This document shows positions 10,577 through 22,956 of a stretch of DNA of 57,103 bases, piece after piece. This stretch comes from Saprolegnia diclina VS20 (lineage: Eukaryota): NCBI RefSeq assembly GCF_000281045.1, contig NW_008246082.1:660910-718012 (forward strand), written 5' to 3'. The first letter of the stretch is position 1, and each line of letters begins with the position of its first letter. The notes under the pieces are model-generated. The model ran no database searches. It saw only the letters and a program-made list of their open reading frames with translations, and was not told the origin of the DNA. Position numbers and translations under genes: made by a program.

Positions 10577-12157
10577 ATGCACCGCGCCGTCGCCCGCCAC
10601 AACCACGCTCTCCTCAAGGCCATCCGCGCGCCCAACGGCCTCGCCGCCGCCGAGGTACGCCATGGACCACCACCGCTGCCGGATGGCTCATGCGCGTCGC
10701 CATGTAGACGATTGCCCACAGCCATGCCGACCATGCCACGAGCGCCAAGGCCGCCGAGGTACGAGCTGCAACCCAATAGCAATCGAGGCTGACAACCATG
10801 TAGATCATGGCCCGTGAAGACAAGTACGGTGCCCACAACTATCACCCGCTCCCGGTCGTGATCAAGCAGGCCAAGGGTACGAGCAGCGCGCATGTTGAAG
10901 CGAGAGTCTGATGACAAATTGTAGGCGTGCACATGTGGGACGTCGATGGCAAGCAGTACTACGATTTTTTGAGCGCGTACTCGGCCGTGAACCAGGGCCA
11001 CTGCCACCCGCGCATCTTGAACGCGCTCACGGAGCAGGCCCAGAAGCTCACGCTGACGTCGCGCGCGTTCTACAACGATGTGCTCGGCGAGTACGAGGAG
11101 TTTGTCACCGACTACTTTGGCTACGATCGCGTGCTGCCCATGAACACGGGTGTCGAGGGCGGTGAGACCGCCATCAAGCTCGCGCGCCGCTGGGCGTACG
11201 ATGTCAAGGGCGTGCCGCAGAACCAGGCCAAGGTCATCTTTGCCAACGGCAACTTCTGGGGCCGCACCATGAGCGCGATCTCGTCGTCGGACGACTCGGA
11301 TGCGTTTGGCGGCTTTGGCCCGTACATGCCCGGTTTTGACAAGGTCCCGTACAACGACATCGAGGCACTCCGCTCGAAGCTTGAGAGCGACCCGACGATC
11401 GCCGCCTTCATGGTCGAGCCGATCCAGGGCGAAGCCGGCGTCGTTGTCCCCACTGACGGCTACCTTCGCCAGGTCTCGGAGCTCTGCAAGAAGCACAACG
11501 TGCTCTTCATTGCCGACGAAGTGCAAACCGGTCTTGCGCGCACGGGCAAGATGCTCGCGGTCAACTACGACAACGTCAAACCCGACATCCTCATCCTCGG
11601 CAAGGGTATGTCCATATCGTTGTTGAATGTGTACTAGCGACTTTGTGATAGCGCTCTCGGGTGGCATGTACCCCGTCTCGGCCGTCTTGACGTCGAACGA
11701 AGTCATGCTCACGATCAAGCCCGGCCAGCACGGCTCGACGTACGGCGGCAACCCGCTCGGCTGCAAGGTCGCGATCGAAGCGCTCAAGGTGCTCAAGGAA
11801 GAGAAGATGGCTGAGAACGCCTTTGCGCTCGGCAACGAGTTCCGCGCCGACATGACGGAATACATGTACGAAACAACACTGTTGCACCTTCATATGTGTA
11901 CTCACACCACTCGTAGTAAGACGTCGAGCGTCTGCAAGGGCGTGCGCGGCCGCGGTCTCCTCAACGCAATCATCATCAACGAGCGCGCGGGCAAGCCCAA
12001 CGCGTGGGACCTCTGCATGCTTCTGCGCGACAAGGGCCTCTTGGCCAAGCCCACGCACGGCAACATCATCCGCCTCGCGCCGCCGCTCTGCATCACGAAG
12101 GAGGAGATGCAGGACTGCACGCGCATCCTCAAGGAAGGCCTCGCCGCCATCGAATAG
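10577..12157 (+). CDS. OAT: Ornithine aminotransferase (class III PLP enzyme), spliced, probable mitochondrial presequence
   Basis: [68 protein letters not shown] (PLP lysine) and [10 protein letters not shown]; about 5 short GT-AG introns. Confidence 0.96.
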
Positions 12158-12538
12158 ACATCCATGTACATACCTTTGTGAAAGAAGATTCCCGTTAGCC
12201 AACGCTGGCGAGTCGTCTTGCCGTCCCGGGCAGAGCCCAGTACGCGTCCACATACCGACCCACCGCAGTGAGCTGCTCCTCTATCCACATATGTGGGCTG
12301 CTGGGTCGCTCTTGGCGCCCTCGAGACAGTGTCATTGAACGAGTGCAACTGAAGTCATCGCCAATTTGACGTCGTCGCATCGGGTCTCCGCAGCTGCATC
12401 AACCGCGAAAGCGTCGCCATGCACAGGTAGCTTTGTCAACATACATCGAGTCAACCGGTTCTTTCTACTAAAACATTCAATAGTCGACTGACCGGACAAG
12501 CGAAAAAGAAAATGCAGTAGTAGTTAGTCGAACGCAAC

Positions 12539-15500
12539 CTAGGCGAGGACGCCCTTGATGTTGTTTTTGAGTGCGATGCTCACGTCCGGGTGCACGGCGC
12601 GGACCGTGAGGCGGTACGAGTTGGCCTGCGGGTTGCTCTCGAGCTTGGCCAAGCACCCGACCGAGATCTTATCGCCGGTCGGCGCGGTCGTGCCCGTTCG
12701 AAACGTCGCCGCAAGCGCGAGGCCGCCCGACGGGTCGCCGCCCTACGCACCGATGGGGCCCACCCTCCTTCGATCAAAGAAACAGGGTACCTCGACCAGA
12801 CCAAACTTCATGGCCTCGGTAAGGAGCTTGACATTGGCCTGCACGTCCATTTTGGTGGCCGCAACAAACACGTCTTGCTGCTCGCGGCCCTAGTCGCGAG
12901 CCGTTAGCTCTTGAGTTGTATTCGTCGTTGGTACCTGGCCTTCGAGGGCGACCCACCGCTTCTGAAAGTCGTCGCCCGAGAGTTTCACGGGCTCGAGGAA
13001 CGAGGTCGCGACACACGGCAGCTTGACGTCAAACGAAACCGGCAACCCGTTGAGCGTGAACGCGACGCTGAGCTCAGCGGGCGACACGAACGGCTGCATG
13101 CACTCGAGCATGATCTGCTGCTTGAGCTGTTGCTTGGGCCCGACTTCACGTCCGAGCTCTTCGGCCTGGACGCGCAGAAACGGCACGGGTTTGACGCTCG
13201 CCGAGACGTTTGTGAATGGCGACGCGCTCTTGTTGCCGTAAAAGAGGCTCAGTCGGCCCTGGGACCCGCGGAACTCTTGCTTGACGCCGATCTGGATCAA
13301 GTCGCTTTCGTACAACACGCCTTGGTTGGTCGCGACAATCTTGTGGAACCACGACGCGAGCTGGGCCGGGTCCACGGTGCTCGGCGGGCCGCCGCCGAAA
13401 ATGTCGACGGGCGTCGGGGCGCGGAGACCGCCTGCGCCGCCCACGACGTTGCCTTTGATAGGGCTGTCGATTGTGAGAAGGTCGCCACCACTGCTGCTCT
13501 CCTTCTCGCTGCTGTCGAGCGGCTCGTCGCGCACCGGGGCGCCAGGTCCGTCGTCTTCGGAGCCCTGCTGCTGCTGACGGAGGCGCACGACCAGCGCCGA
13601 CTCGCGCGTGTCGGGAAACACTGGCATCGGCTCCAGCACGCTCTTCATCGTGTCGTCGCCGGCGTGGTGGAGTGTGAAGTACTCGCAAGCGCGCTGCTGC
13701 GTCTCGAGGTCGACGTGCGACGTGCACTTCTTGAAGACGTCGAGCACGCGCGGCCGAATGTCTTCGTACAAGTTGTCCATCTTGATGAACGCCGTCAAGA
13801 TGAGACACTTGGTCGCGAGCGAGCTCGTCGAGTAGTGCTGGTACAGCACGTCAAACTGGCGCTGGCTCGACATGTCGGGCTACCCATGTAATTTCGGTAT
13901 GGAACCAGCAGGCAGGAAGTAGCACGTACGTCTTCGACCATGAGGTAGCCAAACTCGCCGACAACGTACGCGCCAAACTACGCACATGCTATCGGTCGAC
14001 GCTTGTACCCTTACGGTACCTTGGCCGTCGTCTCATCTACGTGCTTGGGCTCGAGCGCGCGGAACATGACCTCGGCCGTGTACTTTTGCAGGTCTTCGTT
14101 GTTGGTGACGATCTGCACGACTCGGTGCCACACGTCGTCGGGCACGTCGGCACCTGTACGTTATCCATATTCTGGATCCATATATATATGGCAACGCACC
14201 GGCGATCGTGATGAGCTGGAGGACCGTGTCCACGTACCAGCGGAGATCCTTGGCGTATCGCTCGGCAAGGATCGCGGCCTTGAGCACGATCTCCTCGCGG
14301 ATGCTCGCGTCGGCCACCGCAAGGTACGTCACGAGCTCGCCCACAATCTAGCGCGAAAAAATTACATAAAAGTTGACGCACCATCCACGCACCTCAAGCG
14401 CGTTCGAGTGGTCGCACATGGCAAAGAGAAGGTCGAGCGCGCGCCGACGCACGCTGTTGTCGGCGTCCTTGAGCGAAAAGATGACGGTCGCCTTGTGCTC
14501 CTTGATAGCTTCCGAGACGCCGTCGAGACGCACGAGGCGGTTCATCGAGTCGAGGCCAATGTACCGGATGTTGGGCTCGCTCACCGAGATGAAGCGCGCA
14601 AGGAGCTGGATGCCTTGTTCGTGGAGCTTTGGGTCGGCCTTCTTGCCCTGAGCTATCACGAGGTTGACCGTCTCGAACAGTACGGCGTAGATTGCATTGT
14701 TCTTGGCGCCTTTGCCCGGGCTCGGTCGGCCAAGGATCTTGCGCAGCGTGTCGTTGAGCTTCTCGGCCAAGCGCGGGTCTTCCGGCATGCCGTACGTCTG
14801 CAGAATGCGCAGGAGCTTGATCTGCAGCCACGGGCACGGCGTCGAGTAGTACATGTAGTCGCGCGGGCACGCCTTCGCATTCACTCTTACTTCAGTATGG
14901 GTTTAATTGTCAAGTTGACGCACCTTGTTCATGACCAGCTGGGAGAGACGCTCGATGCAAATCTCAATCAGCGACTTGTACCCGCCGGGGGTTTGCGTCA
15001 GCGCCATCTGGAGCAAGCTCGCGGCCGACGTCACGACGCCCAAGTGGCGATCTTCCATGAGCCTACTCACTCGTTCATAAAGATGCATCCACGACTCATT
15101 TGGCGCACGTTTGGAGACGCGGCTCGAGCTCATCCGGCATGACGACATCAGGCATCGCGGGCATGATACGGCGAACGCACAATGCGGCCTTCTTGCGCAC
15201 GTGGCAGATGCTGCTGGAGCTCATGAGCAGCTTGACAATGTGCGGCGCCAGCGTCTCGCAGAGCTCCATGCCTACGGGATTCTCAAAATGGTGGTTCGTA
15301 ATTCGCCGTACCGCCGAGGTTGGCGACGCAGCAGAGCGCGAGACACTGGAACGCGGCGTCGGGTGACGTGAGGTCGTTCAGGATCGAATTGACGACCAGC
15401 GTCATCAGTTCGTCGGAGCTCTTGAGCAAGATCGAGACGCCGAGGTACCCGAGACACTTTTCCGAGTACTTGGCGCCCGAGACGAGATTGATGACCTAGA

Positions 15501-15761
15501 CTCGCGTGAGATTCGTCTGCAGACGAGGCGAGGATGTACCTGCATGTGGCCAAAGTCAATGTCGTAGCCGAGCATGTAGATGTAGATGATCTTCCACGCA
15601 TACTTCTTCTTGTCGTACGAGTTGAGCTGGCCCGACTGCGTGAACTTCTGGCGCAGCTTGTTGAGCTCCTTATCGATGCGCTTCTGCTCGTCGTCGGCGT
15701 TGGTGCACGACCGGATTTCGCTGATAAAGTTGCTCAAGCCACGGGCGCTGAAGAGGGCCAT
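12539..15761 (-). CDS. AP2A: AP-2 adaptor complex subunit alpha (alpha-adaptin), spliced
   Basis: [91 protein letters not shown], and ear domain ([17 protein letters not shown]). Confidence 0.96.
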
Positions 15762-16056
15762 CGCGTGCGGCTTCTGCGGTCGCTGGCCACTTGCACTATG
15801 ACCCAGAAAGATCTTAGCGGCTCCGAATGCCAATAGCAACCTTCCCACTTTACCTTTATGAAACATACATATATCAAGTATACGTATGGACACGGATTAT
15901 ACGAGGTCACTTAAACGAGGGAAGGGCGTTACGGATTCGAACGACACAGAAAACCGCTTCTTCGCAAGTCCATGGAAATCGACTACGCGCGGCGGTTTCG
16001 ACTAACTAAAGGGCTGTAATGCACGGCTTTAAATTACTTAAATGCAACGTGGACAG

Positions 16057-19000
16057 CTATCCGAGTGGGCTTGGGTCGCTCGTGCGTGGCTCGAGCAAGC
16101 CCGAGGTGACGAGATCATTGTACTCGTCGATGGCTGCCTTGTGCTCAGCCTCATGCCACCTATATGCGTGTGATCAGCTTGACGCAAGGCGCACGCAGGA
16201 CGCACGCCATGCCGTCGGACGTCTCGAGGTACGGGAGGTAGACGCTCTTCCACGTCGTTTGAAACACGAGGTCGACGACGCTGTTGAAGATGTCGCGGAT
16301 CGGCCTGGTCTCCTTCGTCTCGCCGCGAAGACACTGGCGGATCTCGTTGCGCAGCGTCGCCGTGGTGCACTTGATGCGCTGCGTCTTCAAGAAGGCCTTA
16401 AAGAGGTCCCGCGCGGCAATATATGGCTGGAATCCTGGCGCTTTCGCGTCGCACGCCTACGCCGCCTCAGGTACGTGGATGCGTCCAGAACGTACGACAT
16501 GGAAGCCGTGGACGGCGAGCCAAAATTCAATGTACACGGCGTAGTGCGTCGTGTCGGCGTAGCGAACGAAGCGCTCAACATTCTCTGTTTTGGGGCTCGT
16601 AAGCAGCGCCAAGTACTGCGAGTGGCGCCTACGCAAGCAAAGGTACTGTCATGCGTCGCGTCGATAGCCCACCGTCCTTGCGCAGCGTCGACGTACGACG
16701 CGCTGTTGGTGGCAATGTCGAGAAGCCGCTGGCCCCGGGCATCTTCGCGGAACATGAGTTGCAGCTCCCACTGCGCACAGTAGCTCGCGCGAAGCGCGAT
16801 GGCCTCGAGCGTAAGTGGGTGCTTGGGCCCAAGCGCGTCGCGTCGCTGAATACTCAGCCCTTTGGCAAACGCTGTGCAGAGGCCCCACTCGCGTCCGTTA
16901 CTCTAGTAGAAGATAGTCCCTCTCTACTGTCTTACGACGAGTATCGCCGTACCCAGCACTCCAAGAGCGCAGTTGTCGACTGGAGAATATCATGGTGGTC
17001 CAGCGGAAGGTGCTGCTCAAAGCACGCTATCGATTCCAGTAGCTTGGCGCTGCTCTCGCGCATCTCGCCTTTGGCCTGCCGAGATATGTATTGCAGCTGG
17101 CGCAAATTTCACAAGCAAACGTACGTTGTAGACGACGCCCATTTCATACAGCGTCTTGCCCACGAGCGGGTGCGTCGCGCCAAACGAAGCGACTTGCATG
17201 TTGAACGCGTCGAGGAGGACGGCCTCGGCTTTCGCAAATTTGCCCTGTTGCGCAAAGTTGCGTGCGAGCCGCACCTCGCTCGGCTTGCTAAACAGCGACG
17301 AGCCTATCGACATGCCATGGGCGCGTCCGATATACCATTGGTCGCACCTTGCGCGGCAGCGGTGGAAGCCGCGACCTGCGGTACGTTCAACGCCAAGTGG
17401 GCTTCGCGTCGCCGCCGCTCATCCTCGCGCCGGTCGCGCAGCAGCCGCAGTTTGATCTCCGGGTCCATGTCCGGTGTCATTGCTCTCGACGGCTCGCACG
17501 ACGCGCTTAATAGTGTCCGCAGCGCAGCGATGGCGTCCAGCGACTGGTTGACGCTCTTGGACAGCGGCTGCGCTTCGGGCGGATCCGACGGCTTGGGCGG
17601 TTTGATGCGGCAAATGTCCTCCAGCGTAATGGGCCCGGTGCTGTGGTGACGCATGTCCGCGTCAATGTGGCGCTCCATCACGCACTTGTCGCAGTATGCG
17701 AGCATACACTCTTGGCAGTAGGCCGTGGCGCGGACCAAGACGCAGTTGCCGCAAAGAGGCCGGGCAATGAAGGATTCCGGGTCGGGCTGGACCACGGCAA
17801 GGGCATTCCGGCGTGGAGCTTGCCGCGCTTTAAGCACCTTGTGTCGCTCCTCTTCAAAGACGCGGCGCTTCCCGGGTCGCTGGCGCAAGCCCGATTGCTG
17901 CAGCTGCCACTTGTGCTGCGTATTTGCCTACGCTCGAAGAATGAGCCCGTCGTCGGTTGACCATGGATGTTATTTCGCACATCGAGCTCGTCCGGGTCCT
18001 CGGGCGGTGATTGCAGCTGTGGCGTCGCCACTCGAATGCCGGCCGACTCGGGACGGAGCTCGGTGCGCATGCCAAATGGGTGCGGCACCGACGAGGTGGC
18101 GAGGCGACTTGGTGTGCCCAGTGTGAGTGCGGACGTAAACTGCCGGCGGTATGGCGTCCATTGGCTCACCAAGTCGGGAAATTCCTTGAGATGTGTGAAT
18201 GCATCGTGACCGCGAAAGTCGCAGTAAGCAAAGGTGGCGCCGACGTTGACGAGGCAGATGAGCATATCGCTGTGCCCGCGCTCGCACGCTGCCAACAGCG
18301 GGGTTTGACCGAGCTGATTCGGCTGGTTGGCAAGACCGCCGAGGGCCAAGAGCGACTGGAGCTGCGCTAATGTGCCCATTTCACAGACGGCAATCATTGG
18401 CGTGCAATGCGCGTGTCCCTCAAAGTTGGGACTCACCTCACCGCGCCGCACCATGCCCATTAGGCCTTCGACGTCTCTGTTGGCAATGGCGGTGTCGGCG
18501 CGTCGCTCGCGCAGCCGCCGCGCTCCGTCGCGATCGGTGCTTTGCGTGGGCGGGCGGAAGCGCAGCAGCTCGAGCCGGTCGTGGAAGGCGTGAAACTGAC
18601 ACCGAATCGCCCACTCGAGCGCCGTTCGGTCATCTTTGCCGCGGATCTCCCAGCGCGCACCGGCGGCTAAAAGCACCTCGATGGCGTCGATCTGCTGCGC
18701 CATTGTCGCTGCGATCAAAGGCGTGATCCCCTCGACATTGGCGTCGTTCGGATCGGCGCCGAACGCGAGTAGCTGCTGGACGCACGCAAGCCGACCTTTC
18801 TCAATCGCAAAGAGGAGTGGCGTCACGTAGTGCGTCGACTCGGCGCGGACGTTCGCGCCAAAGTCCTGTACGAGGAGCCGGAGACCGTCGACGTCGTTGC
18901 CCCAGATGGCAGCGAGCAGCGGTGTCTTGCCGTCTTTGGTTTCGCGGTGCGGGGACGCGCTATGCTTGGTCAAGAGCGTCCGCGCAATGCTGGGCTTGCA

Positions 19001-19664
19001 GTGGCAGAGTGCCATGACGAGCGGCGTGTAGCCCGTCGACGTCTCAAAATCGGCCGCGAGTGTCGGCGTCGTCGATAGCAAATGCAGCATCTCGGGCCAA
19101 AGCTGCTCGTGAATGGCTCGCTCCAAGCACTCGATCGCGTGCTCCGTGCCGTGCGCCGCCAAAAGCGTTCTATTGGACCGTAACATTGGAGGAAATACTG
19201 AACTGTAAGTACCGGACGCGAAGGGCCTCGAGGTGCAGCCCTGGTGGGCGCATGGTGCGTCGGAGCTCGGCGTCGCGCTCAATCGTCGCCGTGCGCTGGC
19301 GCAAGACCTCCAAACGCTCGAGGCCGCGGGCGCCTGGCGTGCTCAAGACCGCGCCGGCCGACTTGGCTGTTTTCCGCGTCGCTGATACGAGCTGCAGGAC
19401 CTTTTGCTCCTCGTCGTACTTGCGCTTCTCGGCTTCGGCGCGGAGGAGGCCAAAATAGTAGGCTTGGGCAGCGCGGGAGGCTGCGTCCTCGGCTGCCATC
19501 TCGGAGCAGCAAGCAGCCTCGCGCCGACGATGCTTGGCGGTCTGCAGCGCCACCGCCCGCCGAATATCGCGCTGCTTCTTGAGAGCAAGTGCGCGGCCTT
19601 TCTCATGGCGGTAGAGCGCGACCGCAACCTGTCGCCGGACCTCATCCTCGTCAACCTCGTCCAT
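16057..19664 (-). CDS. Multidomain protein: ankyrin repeats + B-box zinc finger + TPR-like repeats + C-terminal RGS-like domain, spliced
   Basis: Multiple ANK repeats (GYTPLVMAL, GKTPLLAAI, GITPLIAAT, GQTPLLAAC); B-box CGNC..YCQEC..YCDKC..H..HH; TPR-like GKFAKAEAVL..GATHPLVGKTLYEMG; RGS-like IEFWLAVHGF and FNSVVDLVFQTTWKSVYLPYLETS. Exon joins are inferred. Confidence 0.75.
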
Positions 19665-19786
19665 GGGGGGAGCGTTTCATGAAACGGCCACGTACGGGGT
19701 CCTACTAAAAACATACCTACATGGTTGACCAAGCAGAAGTTTATCGATGGGTCCCCGGTGTGGGCCTTCATATCCTCAATTTGGCG

Positions 19787-20352
19787 ATGAACAACTTTCA
19801 GCGGCTATTGGACTCGGCCCGGGAGGACGTGGCACGAGGGACCAAGACCGTCGCGCGGCGCCTACGGTCCCCGGACGTCATCGAGAAGGTTCGATGGGCT
19901 TCCTTGGCCGATATCTCTTGCTGCTGCGTGTAGGTGCTGACGTACCTCTTGGAGCTTGACGAAGATGGTTTCGGCGGTAACTTGACCGGCGTCGCCCACG
20001 TCCAAACTCAATTTTCGTAGATTTGTTTGCGTTTGAGCAGCGCGTGATTCCGTTCTTTGAAGGCGGCGCCACCGAGTACCGCCTCGAGTGCACGCAAGCC
20101 CACGACGAGTTTCAAGCTCTCGTCGAGACCAAGCTCGAGCGCTTCTTGATTCAAGAGGGCTGGTCGCCCCCCGAGTTTTACGACCACCTCCGCGCTGAGC
20201 TCAGCACGACAGACTCGCTTTCGAGCGAGCACGAGCACGCGGAAGATCTCGTACGCATGATTCACGATGCGTTCGACTTTGACTCGTGGGCGCAGAGCAT
20301 GCGCTGGAGTGCGAACGGCCTCGCGCGCTTTGACGAAGCTTCCCGCAAATAA
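19787..20352 (+). CDS. BART (ARL2-binding) domain protein, ARL2BP/CFAP36-like, spliced
   Basis: Three exons; FFEGGATEYRLECTQAHDEFQALVETKLERFL..G.S..EF and MIHDAFDFDSWAQSM match the BART domain pattern. Confidence 0.75.
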
Positions 20353-20379
20353 TACACCATTTGTATGCACACGGTATTA

Positions 20380-21120
20380 CTATTTGCGGCTCTTGGCGCT
20401 GCCGAGCTGGTCCGCGAGCCACTGGATGCCTTCTTCGACGCCGCGCCCCGTGATGGCGTTGCTCGCCCTAGAAATCATGGTTACGATGCGCGCTTTCTGT
20501 CGCGTTGTACGTGATGTGCCACGTCTTGTTGGAGAGTTTCTCGAGCTCGAGCTGCCCCATGCACTCGACCGGCGTCAGCGAATGCGCAAGGTCCATCTGC
20601 CGTTCCATGAGACCATGCAGGCTGCGGAGGGTACTAACCTTGTTGGCAAAAAACAGAATCGGGATTTTCTTGGGCGCTAAGTCCTTGTGGGCGAGGATCT
20701 GCTCGAGCTCGTCCTTGACGACGCACATGCGGATCGTGTCGGTCGAGTCCATGACAAAGATGATCGCCTACGCCATAGTATCTGGAACAGCCTCGTGCAT
20801 TTCGCTCTACCTGCACGTCTTGGTAGTAGTTCTCCCACAGCGATCGGTATCGGCTCTACCAGCATCGTGAGCCCATCGCACTGGACGACGACGACAAAGA
20901 CCTGGCCCGACATGTCAAAGACCGTAAAGCTCAGATTGTACTTGGTGAACTCTTCGACTTGAAACCCGACCGTGGGCACAACCTCGGTCGCTTGGCTCTT
21001 GCGCGGCTTGAGATGGTTCACGAGCGTCGTCTTGCCGCTGTTGTCGAGGCCGACGACCAAGATGCGGACGACCGTCTTCTTCATGCCCAAGGCCGACGCC
21101 AGCTCCTTGAAGAGGCCCAT
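20380..21120 (-). CDS. ARL6: ADP-ribosylation factor-like GTPase 6 (BBS3), spliced
   Basis: MGLF (myristoylation glycine), GLDNSGKTT, VPTVGFQVEEF, FDMSGQ (ARL6-type), KIPILFFANK, W.I.SNAITGRGVEEGIQWL. Confidence 0.92.
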
Positions 21121-21336
21121 GCTATTGCTTGTGCTGTCGACGATTGGCACCTGCGGTTGCTCGCCTCGATATAGAACCGTAACCGGCGCCGGATAGAATC
21201 CGGATGCGACTGGCGTCTCAACCAACACCGACGCGTTCTATGCCCCAGCACAAGACAGCACGAACAAGAGTTAAGTTAATAAGTTTACATGGAATAGACT
21301 GACGTGCAGTGAGGATAAGATAATAGTGTGCAGTTG

Positions 21337-22956
21337 TTAGTGAAGCTGGCGCAAACCGACCGTGGTCACGGACAGCGCCTTGGACGCGACGAGAAGCGCT
21401 TGATGGAGCACCCACTTTCGTTCGTGCACCTTGGATGGCCGGCAGAAGCCGCGATGGCTGACCTCGTCAATGGCTGCATCCACAACGCCTTGGATCGTGC
21501 GCGCCGCGTCGTCGTAGGTCTCGATCGCCGTCGAAAGCTCGGCGACGCGAGCTTTCCGCAGCTCATGCACGTCAAAGCGCAAGGCGATGAGGTCCGACGT
21601 TGCATCGCCGAGCTGCGTCTCCAGTGCGTCGGTCTTGGCGACGGCGTGTGCCAATGCTGCCTCAAGCGCTTGAATCTGATCACAAGCGGCTTCTTGTTGC
21701 GCGACGTCGTGGGCCAGCTGCCGGTTGAGTGCGTTTAGCTTGGTGGCTACTTGGTCGGCCGCGCGGCGTTGCGATGCCGTCAGGTCGTCCATCGTACGCT
21801 CGGCAAGTGCGAGCTTGGACTGCATAAACGCAACCTTCTCGGACGCCATGGCCTCGACGGCGGCTTGGAGCTCGGTCGCGCGGGTGCCGTTGGCTGCCTC
21901 GGTGGCGGTGTGGGCGTGAGCCAGGTCGGCCTCGAGCAGCGCAATGCGGGTGTAAGCACGTTGCACCTCGTCGGCAGTGTCGCGCTTCGCTGCCTCAGCC
22001 GTGGCCAAGGCCTGGTCTTGCGCCTCCTTTGCCGCCGCGCCTGCTTGGGTGAGGGCTTGTTTAAGCAACGCAATCTCATCCCGAGCACGTCTCGCCAGCG
22101 TGGCCTTGTCTTTGGCGTCTTCCTGCGCCACCTTTGTGGCAGCGAGCGCAACGGCGATGTCGAGCTGAAGCTGCTCGTTTTGTGCCAGCGCTCGGTCCAA
22201 GGCCTCGCCCTTGAGCTGTGAGTCGTCGAGGGCTCTCTTGGCAACAAGGGCTTGGGCGTCGGCGGCGTCTCGAGCGGTCTGGACTGCAGCGTCGGCTTCA
22301 GCCAGCTCGGATTGAAGGCGTGTGATTTGCTCGAGTGCTCGGCGCATGGCGTTTGCGCTCTCCGTAGCGTCGACTCGCGCGGCTTGTACGGCAGCGCGGG
22401 CATCTGCGAGCTCCCGCTCGAGGCGGGCAACGTCGTCGCCTGTCTTGCCTTCCGCTAACTGCTTGTTGGCTTCGACTTCAGTGCGATCTTCTGCCAGCTG
22501 GTTTTGAAGCGCGTGGAGTGCTTCGAACGCCCGGGCTTCGGACGCGAGCGTGGCGTCGTCGAGGGTTGACCGCACGGATGCGAGCTCTAATGTTAGCACG
22601 CTGACTTGGGCGGCCACGCGCTGCACTTGTGCGTCCAGTCGCTCGCGGTGGGCGGCTTCCAACGTCTTTTGCGCCTCGGCGGCCTCGGTGCGCACGCGGA
22701 ACAAGCTCGCCGCGTGCTCCGTTGCCAGCGCTGCGACTTGGGCCGTATGCCGCGCTTCGAGCATATCGAACTTCTCTTGGAGCTCGTGCAGTTGCTGGTC
22801 CTTGAGACGCAGGTCGTGGCGATTTTGGCGCGAGGTCGACGACGAGATGCGCGCTGCCGAGGATTGTGAGAGCATGGAACCCGGCGTGGGCTTGGTTGAT
22901 GCGTTCCAGCGTGGTCGACTCATCGAGCAAAGTCCAGTTGTGGCGCACGGATCCAT
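21337..22956 (-). CDS. Long coiled-coil hypothetical protein
   Basis: Ala/Glu/Gln-rich heptad ORF of >500 aa; start codon uncertain (22956 or 22923). Confidence 0.7.
   Translation of the reverse strand: MDPCATTGLCSMSRPRWNASTKPTPGSMLSQSSAARISSSTSRQNRHDLRLKDQQLHELQEKFDMLEARHTAQVAALATEHAASLFRVRTEAAEAQKTLEAAHRERLDAQVQRVAAQVSVLTLELASVRSTLDDATLASEARAFEALHALQNQLAEDRTEVEANKQLAEGKTGDDVARLERELADARAAVQAARVDATESANAMRRALEQITRLQSELAEADAAVQTARDAADAQALVAKRALDDSQLKGEALDRALAQNEQLQLDIAVALAATKVAQEDAKDKATLARRARDEIALLKQALTQAGAAAKEAQDQALATAEAAKRDTADEVQRAYTRIALLEADLAHAHTATEAANGTRATELQAAVEAMASEKVAFMQSKLALAERTMDDLTASQRRAADQVATKLNALNRQLAHDVAQQEAACDQIQALEAALAHAVAKTDALETQLGDATSDLIALRFDVHELRKARVAELSTAIETYDDAARTIQGVVDAAIDEVSHRGFCRPSKVHERKWVLHQALLVASKALSVTTVGLRQLH

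Noticed and set aside
10577..15761. Apparent frameshifts or fragmentation of OAT and AP2A (also CLC and others) as pseudogenes
   Set aside because: The breaks coincide with short GT-AG introns that restore the reading frame.
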